62,294 bases of DNA from a virus (taxonomy: Duplodnaviria > Caudoviricetes). Both the position numbers and the translations under genes were made by a program. Shown piece after piece: positions 15,597 through 25,088 of the stretch. Under the pieces are notes generated by a model. That model worked only from the letters and a program-made list of their open reading frames with translations. It had not been told where the DNA came from and made no database searches. The stretch spans positions 1 through 62,294 of IMG/VR virus record IMGVR_UViG_3300028608_000014. One strand, written 5' to 3'. Position 1 is the stretch's first letter; every line of letters starts with the position of its first letter.

Positions 15597-17810
15597 ATGA
15601 GCAGCCAGACGGAGGAGTTCTTCCGGTTTCTGCACCGGGACAACACGGGTCTGGCGGTCATCGCGTTGCTGGGCAGCAGCGGGCAGCTGACCAACCAGAA
15701 ATTCTTCTCCTGGCCCGAGCAGGCCGAGCAGCTGCTGGCCTACTGCGCGGCGAACGCCGCCAAGGACGTCTACACCTCCGGCACCCTGTTCAAGGGCACC
15801 CGGGCGCGGAAAACCAACGCCAAGGCCGTGAGTTTTGTGCACGCCGACGCGGACACCTTCAACGTCGATGATGCCCGTGTGCCCCCGTCGATGATCGTGC
15901 GCTCCTCGCCGGGCAAGACGCAGCTGTGGTGGCTGGTGCAGGGCACCTCGGACCCGGCCCGGATCGAACCGCTCTCGCACGCGGTCTCCCTCGCGCACCC
16001 GAAGAACGCCTCGGGCCTGGACGACGGCTGGGCCGTCAACAAGCTCATGCGCGTCCCCGGCACCACCAACCTGAAGTACGACATGCCCCACCCGGTCACG
16101 ATGGAGATCACCGGGCACGTCTACACCCTGGCCGAGTTCGAGGCGGCCTACCCTCCGGCCCCGGACGCGGCCGTGACCAGCCGGGCGATGGGGGAGCTGC
16201 CCACCCGGGGCGAGGCGCTGGGGACACTGCGGGCCTCGCCGGGCCTGATGCAGCTGCTGAACAAGAAGGACGCCTCCGGCGTGGACCGCTCCGACGCGCT
16301 GTTCCTGCTGGAGCAGGAGCTGTTCCGCTGCGGGGCCACCGATGAGGTGGCCTTTGTCATCTGCAAGGACCACCCCTTCAACAAATTCGAGGCCGACGGC
16401 AAATACAACGCCGACGAAAAGCTCTGGGACGACATCCAGCGGGCGCGGCACAAGTCCGAACTCGGCGTCCCGGCCGAGCCGGACGCGGCGGAGATCCCGG
16501 ACGCCCAGGTCACCGTGGAGCCCACCAAGAAGCACAAGATGGTGGACTTCCTCACGGCCGAGGAAAAGGACCACATGGCCTCCACGTTCGTGGACGACTA
16601 CGTGGAGTGGGCGCGGTCCAAGACCGACGCCGCGCACGAGTACCACGTCGCCGGGGCCTTCACGGTGCTCTCCACCGTGTTCTCCGACTACGGCCACGCC
16701 ATGCCCAAGTTCGGCCGCCTGCCGCTGAATTTGTGGTTCATGGTGCTGGGCTCCACGACGAGATCCCGCAAGTCCACCACCAAGGACATGATGATGCGGT
16801 TCATCGAGGCCCTCGGGGACGATGAGAACTACCGCTATGACCTGGGCTCCGACTTCACGGCCGAGGCCCTGGACAACGCGCTGCTGGACCGGCCGAACCG
16901 CTCCGCGCTGGTGAACCGGGATGAGTTCCAGGGCCTTTTGATGGAGATGAGATCCAAGGCCTACATGTCCGGCATGTCGCAGAAAATGACAGACATCTAC
17001 GGCGGGAAGGTCTCCGGCAAGCTGCGCGCCACCGGGGAGCAGAAACGCCGAGCCTCGGTGAACGCCTCCCTGGTGCTGTACGTGATGGGCATCAAGAACC
17101 AGGTGGCCGACGTGCTCTCCGAGGAGGACTTCCAAAGCGGCTTTCTGACACGGTTCATCTACATCTCGGCCGAGGCCCCCAAACGCACCCCGGAATCCGA
17201 CTACTTGGAGCAGGCGGACCTCTCCGAGATCAAGCAGGGAGACCCGGTGTTCACCGAGCTGCTGCAGCGGCTGGAGACCTCACGGGGACACTGGGACAGC
17301 TTTGTCGAAGTCGATGGACCCACGCAGGCCGTCCCGTGTGCCCCGGACGCCTGGGCGCGGCTGAACAAATTCATCGTGGACGTGCTCGACGCGGCCGAGG
17401 GCCACGAGAAGGCCGGGATCATCGAGGCCTCCTCGCAGCGCCTGACACTCTCGATCCTGAAGGCGGCCACGCTGCTGGCCATGTTTGATTGCTGCGACAG
17501 GGTGGAATTGCCGCACATGCTGGCCGCCATCAACTACTGCGCCACCTGGTTCGTGCACATGGTCGAGATGGCCAACGCGGTCTCCTCCTCGCTGTGGCGC
17601 AAGAAACAGAAGGCCATCGAGGATCTGCTGCTCTCCAAGGGCGGGGAGGTCAAGTGGGAGGTGGTCTACAAGGCGATGAACCGGCAGCTGGACATGCGGC
17701 CCCGCGACTTTGCCGAGGTCATCACCGCGATGCAGGAGTCCGGCGTGGTGAACCCCCGGATAGACGACAAGAAGGAACGCTGGATTCAACTGTTGGAGTT
17801 CGCGGCATGA
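15597..17810 (+). CDS. DNA primase/helicase fusion (RepB-type primase N-terminus, DUF3987-like helicase C-terminus)
   Basis: HADAD, SSPGKTQLWW, MRVPGTTN primase motifs; GSTTRSRKST, RDEF, SGFLTRF helicase-like motifs. Confidence 0.8.
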   Translation: MSSQTEEFFRFLHRDNTGLAVIALLGSSGQLTNQKFFSWPEQAEQLLAYCAANAAKDVYTSGTLFKGTRARKTNAKAVSFVHADADTFNVDDARVPPSMIVRSSPGKTQLWWLVQGTSDPARIEPLSHAVSLAHPKNASGLDDGWAVNKLMRVPGTTNLKYDMPHPVTMEITGHVYTLAEFEAAYPPAPDAAVTSRAMGELPTRGEALGTLRASPGLMQLLNKKDASGVDRSDALFLLEQELFRCGATDEVAFVICKDHPFNKFEADGKYNADEKLWDDIQRARHKSELGVPAEPDAAEIPDAQVTVEPTKKHKMVDFLTAEEKDHMASTFVDDYVEWARSKTDAAHEYHVAGAFTVLSTVFSDYGHAMPKFGRLPLNLWFMVLGSTTRSRKSTTKDMMMRFIEALGDDENYRYDLGSDFTAEALDNALLDRPNRSALVNRDEFQGLLMEMRSKAYMSGMSQKMTDIYGGKVSGKLRATGEQKRRASVNASLVLYVMGIKNQVADVLSEEDFQSGFLTRFIYISAEAPKRTPESDYLEQADLSEIKQGDPVFTELLQRLETSRGHWDSFVEVDGPTQAVPCAPDAWARLNKFIVDVLDAAEGHEKAGIIEASSQRLTLSILKAATLLAMFDCCDRVELPHMLAAINYCATWFVHMVEMANAVSSSLWRKKQKAIEDLLLSKGGEVKWEVVYKAMNRQLDMRPRDFAEVITAMQESGVVNPRIDDKKERWIQLLEFAA

Positions 17811-18250
17811 TGGACATTTTCCCCGTCGAAGACCAAACCTCCCGGCTGCAGGACGACAGGCTGCGTGCCCTGGAGAAGGCCGCAAAAACTTGGAAGCTCT
17901 CGTACTACGGGGACCGGAAGGAACGCCTCGCCTACGCCCGGGAACTGCACGCCGAGCGGCTGTTTTCGCTGAACCAGCTGGCCAAGATCTGCCGGCTGTC
18001 GGTGCCGACGGTCTCCCGCGTGCTGAAGAAGAACTCGCCGGGCGGACGTTTTGCGCCGGAAGGCTTGTCATCACTAACCTACATACGTAAGGTTGTCATT
18101 GCCGGAGAAAAAATACCAATGAACCTAGTAAGGTCGCTGGTAGAGGGGGGCACTTCCATCAGCACCATCTCCCGCCTGACCGGCGCACCCGAAACCCAGA
18201 TGTACGTCCACTATGCAGCCACCAGCAGACATCTCAGGAGCAGAGCATGA
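17807..18250 (+). CDS. HTH DNA-binding protein (two HTH-like segments)
   Basis: FSLNQLAKICRLSVPTVSR and TSISTISRLTG. Confidence 0.75.
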   Translation: MMDIFPVEDQTSRLQDDRLRALEKAAKTWKLSYYGDRKERLAYARELHAERLFSLNQLAKICRLSVPTVSRVLKKNSPGGRFAPEGLSSLTYIRKVVIAGEKIPMNLVRSLVEGGTSISTISRLTGAPETQMYVHYAATSRHLRSRA

Positions 18251-18834
18251 ACGTTATCGGATTGACCGGCCTGCCCGGTGCAGGAAAGTCCACCGTCGCC
18301 AACTACCTGGTGCGCGAGCACGGGTACACCCGGATCTCGTTCGCCGGGCCGGTCAAGGACATGCTGCGCACACTCGATCCCTACCTCGCCCCGGCCGAGG
18401 TCACCGCGTCCCGGCGCGCCGTCTCGGCAGCGGTCAGGCTTTCGGACGCCATCGGGCTGTACCCGCATGACACCGAGGCCTTCCTGGAGGCGAACTTCCC
18501 CGAGTACCGCCGCCTGCTGGAGGCCCTGGCCGCCACGCATGAGCCCGACTACTGGGCGGACCTGGCCGAGGAGCAGCTGACCGACGGCAACGGCCTGTAC
18601 GTCTTCGATGACGTCAGCACCCAGGCCCAGGCCGACGTCATCCGGAACTTCAACAAGTGGGGCCTGTGGCACATCGACCGCCCGGCCCAGGACGCCCCCG
18701 AACCCTCCGTCCGGTGGCTGGGCGAGGTTCAGACCCTGTTCAACGTCACCACGCCGGAGTTCCTGTACTCCGAGGTGGACCGGGCGCTGCGGCTGGCGTT
18801 CTCCGACACCGCGCCGCTGGCCGAAGCGTCATGA
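18247..18834 (+). CDS. deoxynucleoside monophosphate kinase
   Basis: IGLTGLPGAGKSTVA P-loop; SFAGPVKDM; VFDDV. Confidence 0.85.
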   Translation: MNVIGLTGLPGAGKSTVANYLVREHGYTRISFAGPVKDMLRTLDPYLAPAEVTASRRAVSAAVRLSDAIGLYPHDTEAFLEANFPEYRRLLEALAATHEPDYWADLAEEQLTDGNGLYVFDDVSTQAQADVIRNFNKWGLWHIDRPAQDAPEPSVRWLGEVQTLFNVTTPEFLYSEVDRALRLAFSDTAPLAEAS

Positions 18835-19031
18835 GCGAGGCCCTGGCGCTGATCGAGAAGCGCATAGCTGATCACTACGCCAAGGCCGAACGTGCCCAGA
18901 AACGCGCCGATGACCTGCTGGACGCGGCCGAGGCCGCCGCCGCCGAGGTCAAGGTCTACCGGGACTGCATCGAGGATCTGGTGCATGACAGGGAACTCCT
19001 GCTCCAGCATCAGGGGGAGCAGGCGGCGTGA
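18831..19031 (+). CDS. small coiled-coil protein
   Basis: 4-bp overlaps with both neighbours. Confidence 0.7.
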   Translation: MSEALALIEKRIADHYAKAERAQKRADDLLDAAEAAAAEVKVYRDCIEDLVHDRELLLQHQGEQAA

Positions 19032-21214
19032 GGGTCTATCTCCACTCGGCGGACTTCATCACCCCGCAGGCGATGGAGATCCTGAAGCGGGTCAAGCAGG
19101 ACACCATCGGGGACTTCCCGCTCAGCTTCGCCCCGGTCACCGACAACCTGCCGCCGCGCGCGACTGTCTTTGCGATGGGCAAGTACGCCCGGCAGGGGCA
19201 GGAGCGCGTGGTGGTGGCCCCCACCGTCGCCCAGATCGTCACCCGCGCCGACATCGTGACCCGGCTCGGGCAGGCGTTCAGGCTGCTCACCGCCCCGCCG
19301 GAGCTGCCCGAGTTCTCCTGGAAGCTGTTCACCGGGCGGGAGGGGCTGATCGCCTCGCTGCTGGAGTGCGAGGGCGCGGACGTCATGTGCGACATCGAGA
19401 CCTCCGGCGTCGTGGATGAGGACCGGGCCGAGCCCGTCCGGATCATTACGGTGTCGTTCTTCTTCGGCGGCGAGAACGCCTTCGTCATCCCCGAGGAGAT
19501 GTGCCAGGACGCCGAGGTCTATTTCGCGTTCTGCCGCTTCATGGAACGCAACAACATCATGTACGTCAACGGCAAGTTCGACCTGAAATACTTCCCGGAC
19601 TCGGACGCCAATTTTGTCTTCGACCCGCAGCTGGCGCACTACGCGCTGTATCCGGCGGCCGGGGAGCACGGCCTGAAGCCGGTGACCAAGAAGCTGTTCG
19701 GCTTCGAGGACTGGGATGAGGAGCTGCAGCAGTACCTGCCCTCGAAGACCTACGCCGAGCATGAGGAGTTCGAGGACGGCTCCTGGCACGACGCCCGGAC
19801 CTACCCCCGGAAAAACGGCAACGGGTCCGGCTATGAGCGGATTCCGCGTGAACTGCTCTACAAGTACGCGGCCTTCGACGTCTACGCCGGGTGGCACTTC
19901 GCCAAGGCCATGATGGATGACCTCACCCACGATGATGAGGCGCGCAAGGCCACCAAGTTCCTGATGCAGCTCTCCGAAATGTTCCTGCCGGTGGAGACCC
20001 GGGGCATCCGGCTGGACATCCCCTACCTCGAACACCTCTCCGGGGTCATGACCGTGGAAAAGGCCGAGGCCGAGGCCACGCTGAATGAGATCGCCGGGCA
20101 GCCAATCAACCCGCGCTCACCCAAGCAGGTCAAGGACTGGTTCCACGCGCGCGGGAACATGATCTCCGGCACCGCCAAGGACGTCATGGCCGAGTTCATC
20201 GAGTCCATGAGCGCGCCAGAGAATGAGGAGGAGTTCGAGGAGCACCGGCATGAGGTGGAGTTCGCCCAGCAGCTCCAGGTGTGCCGTGACATCACCAAGC
20301 AGCTCGGAACCTACGTGGACGGCTACCGGAACCAGGCCGACGCCTCCGGCCGGGTCTACCCCGGCTACAAGCTCATCGCCTCCACCACCGGGCGGCTGGG
20401 CGGGCAGGGGGCATCCATGCTGACCATCCCCCGCAACAAACGGCTCAAAAGGATGGTCATCGCGGACCCCGGCGAGATCGTCATCGGCGCGGACGCCTCC
20501 CAGATGGAGCTGCGGATCATGGCGTGCGAGTCGATGGACCCCTGGCTGATCGCGGCCTTCCAGCCCGGAGCCGGCGACTTCTTCGACCTGCTGCTCTCGC
20601 AGGCCTACCCGGACAAGGACTGGTTCGATCTGCACCGCGCCGTCGAGGCACACGAGGCGGGGGAGAAGGAATCGAACTTCTACAACGACGCCCGCGCGAG
20701 CATGAAGGGCACGGTGTACGGGGTGTCGTTTAACCGTGGCACCAAGGCCATCGCCGCCGCGCTGAAAATCCCGATGTCCGAGGCCCAGAAGCTGGTGGAC
20801 GCCTTTATCCGTCCCGGCTCTGAGTTCAGCAAGTGGCGGGAGATGATTATCGACAAGGCCGTCAGCGGCGGGTCCATCGTGACCAAGTTCGGCCGCCACT
20901 TCCAGTCCGAACTGGTCACCCGGAAGAACCGGCACCTGGTCATCAACTCGGCGCTGGCCTTCACCTCCCAGTCCACCGGCAACGACATCTGCCTGCTGGC
21001 CACGCTGGAGGCCACACCCCAGCTGGAGAATTACCAGGCCCACCTCATGGGCACCGTGCACGACGCCATCTACACCTCCGGCCCGGAAGCCAACAAGGAC
21101 GTCATCGGCAAACTGCTGACCGACTGCCTGGCGTGGGCCGGGCGGCAGGTTTACGGTGACGTCGTGCCGTTCGCCGCAGCCTGGGGCTACGGACCCACCA
21201 TGGCTGACGTCTAG
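19028..21214 (+). CDS. polA: family A DNA polymerase with 3'-5' exonuclease
   Basis: Exo I DIET, NGKFD, YAAFD; TTGRL; motif A DASQMELR; motif B KGTVYG; motif C VHD. Confidence 0.95.
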   Translation: MRVYLHSADFITPQAMEILKRVKQDTIGDFPLSFAPVTDNLPPRATVFAMGKYARQGQERVVVAPTVAQIVTRADIVTRLGQAFRLLTAPPELPEFSWKLFTGREGLIASLLECEGADVMCDIETSGVVDEDRAEPVRIITVSFFFGGENAFVIPEEMCQDAEVYFAFCRFMERNNIMYVNGKFDLKYFPDSDANFVFDPQLAHYALYPAAGEHGLKPVTKKLFGFEDWDEELQQYLPSKTYAEHEEFEDGSWHDARTYPRKNGNGSGYERIPRELLYKYAAFDVYAGWHFAKAMMDDLTHDDEARKATKFLMQLSEMFLPVETRGIRLDIPYLEHLSGVMTVEKAEAEATLNEIAGQPINPRSPKQVKDWFHARGNMISGTAKDVMAEFIESMSAPENEEEFEEHRHEVEFAQQLQVCRDITKQLGTYVDGYRNQADASGRVYPGYKLIASTTGRLGGQGASMLTIPRNKRLKRMVIADPGEIVIGADASQMELRIMACESMDPWLIAAFQPGAGDFFDLLLSQAYPDKDWFDLHRAVEAHEAGEKESNFYNDARASMKGTVYGVSFNRGTKAIAAALKIPMSEAQKLVDAFIRPGSEFSKWREMIIDKAVSGGSIVTKFGRHFQSELVTRKNRHLVINSALAFTSQSTGNDICLLATLEATPQLENYQAHLMGTVHDAIYTSGPEANKDVIGKLLTDCLAWAGRQVYGDVVPFAAAWGYGPTMADV

Positions 21215-21221
21215 AAAGACC

Positions 21222-21250
21222 TTGACACTACTTATGTAGGGCTGTAGATT
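21222..21250 (+). promoter_or_regulatory. Promoter TTGACA-N17-TAGATT with CTAC-TTAT-GTAG operator
   Basis: Consensus SigA elements plus the shared operator. Confidence 0.75.
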
Positions 21251-21299
21251 CCGTTTTACGAGCTACAGCCATACATTCACATCTACACAGGAGCGCACC

Positions 21300-21605
21300 A
21301 TGGGAAAACTGGCAGCAATCACACTCGCCGGAGCACTGCTACTGGCAGGGTGCTCGGCCCCCGAGCCTCCCATCGACAAGGATGCCGTCTATCTGAAGCT
21401 GGTCCACGAGAAGACCGGCAGCACGTCCAGCGACTCCGACCTGGTGGACATGGCCAAAGGTGCCTGCGGGCAGTTGAAGGACGGGCGCACCATGAAAGAC
21501 CTGCAAAACGATGTCGCCGCCACCGGGTTGACCCAGACCTCGAAGCTTGAACTGGCCCGGATCGTCGGGTTCGGCGTCGGTGTCTACTGCCCGGAGTTCC
21601 TGTGA
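21300..21605 (+). CDS. lipoprotein, DUF732-like
   Basis: Lipobox LAGC; D..YL...ACGQL...YCPEF. Confidence 0.8.
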   Translation: MGKLAAITLAGALLLAGCSAPEPPIDKDAVYLKLVHEKTGSTSSDSDLVDMAKGACGQLKDGRTMKDLQNDVAATGLTQTSKLELARIVGFGVGVYCPEFL

Positions 21606-22081
21606 GAATTCTCTGGCTGGACCCCGGAGCGAAGACGGGCGTGTGCCTCCTCGATACTGAGCACTTCGAGGACATCCATCTGGAAATTATCCCCGACGGG
21701 CTGAAAGGGCTGCAGGCCTGGTACGAGAAGACCCGTAGGCTCTCCGGACTGCACCTCGACGTCATTGGCTGCGAGTCCTTCGAGCTGGAGGAGGGCACAC
21801 ACGGGATCGACTATGAAAGCCCGCTGGCCATCATCCACTGGCTCCAAGAAGGCGGGATGTCCGACAACTACTTCGCACCCATCGTGTGGCAGCGCCGGAT
21901 GCAGCGCGGCAATAACACCGTGGCCTCTGTCGCTGTCCTGAAGCGTGCCGGCCTGTACCCGAAGCGGGGGGAGCTGAAGGAGGGGCACCAGGTGGCGGCC
22001 CTGCAGCATCTGCTGTCCTACCTGATGAGGACCGGCCACCTGAAAACCATCGAACTGCTGCACCCAAGGGAGCTGGAATGA
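21602..22081 (+). CDS. RuvC-like Holliday junction resolvase
   Basis: ILWLDPGAKTG, GCESF, H..AAL. Confidence 0.75.
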   Translation: MRILWLDPGAKTGVCLLDTEHFEDIHLEIIPDGLKGLQAWYEKTRRLSGLHLDVIGCESFELEEGTHGIDYESPLAIIHWLQEGGMSDNYFAPIVWQRRMQRGNNTVASVAVLKRAGLYPKRGELKEGHQVAALQHLLSYLMRTGHLKTIELLHPRELE

Positions 22082-22284
22082 GCACACACGAACGCGACGA
22101 GACCTTCCACTGCGAGAACGTCTGCCACTTCGGCGGCTGTTCCGGGCACGAGTCAAAGCTGATTCTGCAGGACACCGCCGACGTCTTCAGCTACTACGTG
22201 GACGGTGAGCGGAAATGGTCCATGGGGCTCGATGAGATGCAGAAGCTGTACGAGATGATCGTGGGATTGGACTACCTGGAATGA
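22078..22284 (+). CDS. hypothetical protein
   Basis: 68 aa, ATGA overlap. Confidence 0.7.
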   Translation: MSTHERDETFHCENVCHFGGCSGHESKLILQDTADVFSYYVDGERKWSMGLDEMQKLYEMIVGLDYLE

Positions 22285-22320
22285 CTGTGTAAGGCTGGGG
22301 ACGTCCACCCCTAGGGACAC

Positions 22321-22362
22321 AGAAAGGCCCCTCACACCTGAGCGGTGAGGGGCCTTTCTTTT
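22321..22362. terminator. Bidirectional terminator between convergent operons
   Basis: AGAAAGGCCCCTCAC...GTGAGGGGCCTTTCTTTT. Confidence 0.85.
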
Positions 22363-23279
22363 TAAGCGTCCTGGAGGTCCAGGGTGTACTGGTTCGGGTC
22401 CACGTAGAGCGGGTCGTGCTCGGGGATGTAGTTGTTCTTCGGCTCCACCTCATGGAAGTCCGGCAACTTGTTCTTGAACCTGTTGTTGTAGAGCCGGTGG
22501 ATCGCCTCGGCGGAATTGGCTCCGAGGGAACTGCCCTTGATCTTGGCATCGCGCAGCGTGCGCGCCTGAATGGCCAGCTGCCGGGGGGCGATGCCCTCCA
22601 GCACGTAGATGAGCCGGTCATAGTCGATCCTGGAGCCGAAGGTGGCGATGAAAACACCGAGGCCTTCGAGCATCACCTTTGAGTACGTCATCCGGTCCCC
22701 CTGGGAGCCGTAAGCCCTGTGCAGCGTCCTGATGACCTTATCCACCAGCTCCGGGTACTCGCCCTCCGGGCGGACACCCGCTCCGGCGTAGACCTTCTCC
22801 AGGGTGTTGATTGCGGAGATGACTCCGAGGGAGGCGTTGTTGGCCCAGTCCACATGCAGGCCGTAGGCCTTCAGGACATTGTTGATGTTGACGGCAGACT
22901 GGTCTCCCATCGTGACGCGGACCTTGAAGCGGTCAATCGCCTGGACCGCCCGGCTGAAATTGAGTGCCAGAAAAAGCTCCGCTTCTTCCTTCAGTGTCAA
23001 GTCATAGAAGACCTTTGTGTCGAGCAGTCCGGGGTAGTCGCACTTCCGCGCAGCCGACATCCGGTGGCCTCCGTCGATCACGTAAAGATGGCCGTCTTCC
23101 CGTTTTGAGGCGTTGATAATGCCCAGGGCGTGAGGCTTGAAATCCGCTGCCATCTCATCGACGCGCTGCTCATTGAGTTGGCGCTGGACTTTCAGGTCAA
23201 TGCTGAACTCTTTCGCACTGAGCTGCATCAGCTCAGATCGCCTTTCCAGCAGGTTGATCTTGGGTTTCTTCTCGGTCAT
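22362..23279 (-). CDS. ParB/Srx-fold domain protein (DUF6551-like)
   Basis: VQRQLN...YVIDGGHRMSAA...EEAELFLALN; own CTACACAATCGAGGAG RBS. Confidence 0.75.
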   Translation of the reverse strand: MTEKKPKINLLERRSELMQLSAKEFSIDLKVQRQLNEQRVDEMAADFKPHALGIINASKREDGHLYVIDGGHRMSAARKCDYPGLLDTKVFYDLTLKEEAELFLALNFSRAVQAIDRFKVRVTMGDQSAVNINNVLKAYGLHVDWANNASLGVISAINTLEKVYAGAGVRPEGEYPELVDKVIRTLHRAYGSQGDRMTYSKVMLEGLGVFIATFGSRIDYDRLIYVLEGIAPRQLAIQARTLRDAKIKGSSLGANSAEAIHRLYNNRFKNKLPDFHEVEPKNNYIPEHDPLYVDPNQYTLDLQDA

Positions 23280-23395
23280 GCTAAAGCTCCTCGATTGTGT
23301 AGAGGCGGTAACTGTCTAAGTGAGCCTAATACAGCAAGGCAGCTTTCTTGCACATCCGGCGCTGTAAAACTTGAGCAAATCTTGAGCAAATGGGA

Positions 23396-23641
23396 CTAGA
23401 GTCCCGTCACTTCCCTAAAATGCGTCTGCCGCCAAGTCTCCACCGAGTCGTCCCGGACGGCGTTCCGGCCGTAGGTCTTGCGCAGGGCACGGGTCAGGCC
23501 GGCGGCCGGAATGTTCGGGTTCGCCAGGGCGTGCTGCAGGACGTCGAGATCCTCGGAGAACTCCAATTCCTTCAGGAGTTTGTCGATGGGGTGCTTTTCC
23601 GGCTGGCTGGTATTGGCGGCTAGCGCATTCTTCAGTCTCAT
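23396..23641 (-). CDS. hypothetical protein
   Basis: 81 aa, GGGAG RBS. Confidence 0.7.
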   Translation of the reverse strand: MRLKNALAANTSQPEKHPIDKLLKELEFSEDLDVLQHALANPNIPAAGLTRALRKTYGRNAVRDDSVETWRQTHFREVTGL

Positions 23642-23781
23642 TTCACTCCCTGCGCGCGTGCGCCTGATCGTCCGTCGTCTTCGGGTGCCCGCATCTCATC
23701 ACATGCGGCGCACTCCCCGGGCTCGCGCAGCCAGCTGGTGATATGCCAGTGGCGCGGTTCGCGCGGCTGCGGTGTCACCAT
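23638..23781 (-). CDS. small His/Cys protein (HWH...GECAACD)
   Basis: Overlaps neighbours; motif shared with the C-terminus of 57854-58258. Confidence 0.5.
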   Translation of the reverse strand: MVTPQPREPRHWHITSWLREPGECAACDEMRAPEDDGRSGARAQGVK

Positions 23782-23849
23782 GGCCACCACAGCCCTACCA
23801 CTATCCCGGCCACGACGGCGGCGAGGGGCAAGATCCCTCTGAGCTTCAT
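23775..23849 (-). CDS. 24-aa hydrophobic peptide MKLRGILPLAAVVAGIVVGLWWPW
   Basis: GAAGGAG RBS; single TM-like segment; not in the supplied ORF track. Confidence 0.5.
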   Translation of the reverse strand: MKLRGILPLAAVVAGIVVGLWWPW

Positions 23850-23954
23850 TTCTCCGCTCCTTCCGGGCAGCAGCTGAGAAAGCGGATCTGCCACGGGTCC
23901 AGGTCATAGTCCTTGGCCAGGGCCTCCAGCAGCGGGATGGGGATGTTGGCCGGT

Positions 23955-24224
23955 TCAGGCCGTGAGGGTGGGGTCTGGATCGACATTCGGGGCCTTCTTC
24001 AGTCGGAGCAGGTAGGAGCCGAACGCGGTCAGCACGGACTTGACCACCAGCAGGCCCAGGCCCACCCAGAACGCCTGCGCGGTGATCTCCACCGAGTTGA
24101 GCAGTTCGAGCAGGCCCGCGCCGATGAGCAGCAGGGCGTCCGCGCCGAACGCGGTGTAGAGGGTGCGGGCGGCGCGGTTGATCGCGTCCGCCTTGACGGA
24201 CTGCGGGGGAGAGGTGATCGCCAT
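23955..24224 (-). CDS. holin (two TM segments)
   Basis: RAARTLY motif, hydrophobic, directly after the endolysin. Confidence 0.75.
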   Translation of the reverse strand: MAITSPPQSVKADAINRAARTLYTAFGADALLLIGAGLLELLNSVEITAQAFWVGLGLLVVKSVLTAFGSYLLRLKKAPNVDPDPTLTA

Positions 24225-24236
24225 GGTGGGCCTTCC

Positions 24237-25088
24237 TTACTTCTTGATGATGAGACGGTTGCCGATGTAGATGGTGGCGTCCGGGCCGGGCAGCCCGTTC
24301 AGCCGGGCCAGGTACGCGGGGTCGAGCCCGTAGTAACGGGCCACGGAGCGGATCGTGTCCGGGCCTTCGATGACCCAGACCAGCGGACCCGGAATCCAGA
24401 TCTTCTGCCCCGGGGTGAGCTGGTTGGGGTTGATGTTGTTGTAGGCCGCGATCTGCGCCACGGACGGCCCGTTGTAGTATTTCTGGATCTTGCCCAGCGT
24501 GTCGCCCTTGGACACCACCCAGTGCAGGTCCGAGGCGGGGTACACCTTGGGCTTCTGGACGGCGGGCTTAGGCTTGGTGGCCGGTGTGCTCGATGCCGGC
24601 ACCACCACGGGCTTGGCCTGCTTTGCGGCAACGATCTGCTTGGCGCGGGACACCAGCCACGGGATGTGCTGCTCCCACACCCCGGGGCACTGCGTGGAGG
24701 TGAACCTCTTGTGCGGGTAGGCGACAAGGGGCACACCGTTGAGGATGTGCTGGTCCGCCATCAGCTCGGCCACGGTCTCCCGGTCGGCGGCCGTACAGCG
24801 CGGATTACATTCGATGGACACCAGGTTCAGGTTTCCCCATCCGGCACCGCCGTCACCCTGCGCCCACGCGACGTTCCTGGGACTGACAAGGCAGGCAACG
24901 GTCCCGGCCTCGGCAACAAAGTTCACCGATGCGGACTCCTGCCTGCCCCGTTCGAGCAGCACGTTGACGATCCCCAGGAACGTCGGCTGCTGGGCAGGAT
25001 CACCCCACCAATGGATTGCGAAACCCTTCGGCACCATGGCAGGCCCGACGAACGTGCTGCTGTACTGTTCAAGCAGTTTGTAGGTCAT
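24237..25088 (-). CDS. endolysin: N-acetylmuramoyl-L-alanine amidase with two LysM domains
   Basis: IHWWG, AWAQG, SIEC, PHK..STQCPG; VSKGDTLGKI and IEGPDTIRSVA LysM repeats. Confidence 0.92.
   Translation of the reverse strand: MTYKLLEQYSSTFVGPAMVPKGFAIHWWGDPAQQPTFLGIVNVLLERGRQESASVNFVAEAGTVACLVSPRNVAWAQGDGGAGWGNLNLVSIECNPRCTAADRETVAELMADQHILNGVPLVAYPHKRFTSTQCPGVWEQHIPWLVSRAKQIVAAKQAKPVVVPASSTPATKPKPAVQKPKVYPASDLHWVVSKGDTLGKIQKYYNGPSVAQIAAYNNINPNQLTPGQKIWIPGPLVWVIEGPDTIRSVARYYGLDPAYLARLNGLPGPDATIYIGNRLIIKK

Noticed and set aside
19028-21214. Z-genome (DpoZ/PurZ) or other hypermodification system
   Set aside because: No PurZ, dATPase or other base-modification pathway genes were recognised; the motif B change alone is insufficient.
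23638-23907. 89-aa ORF as listed in the ORF track
   Set aside because: Better explained by three overlapping micro-ORFs; the extra N-terminus looks like off-frame sequence.
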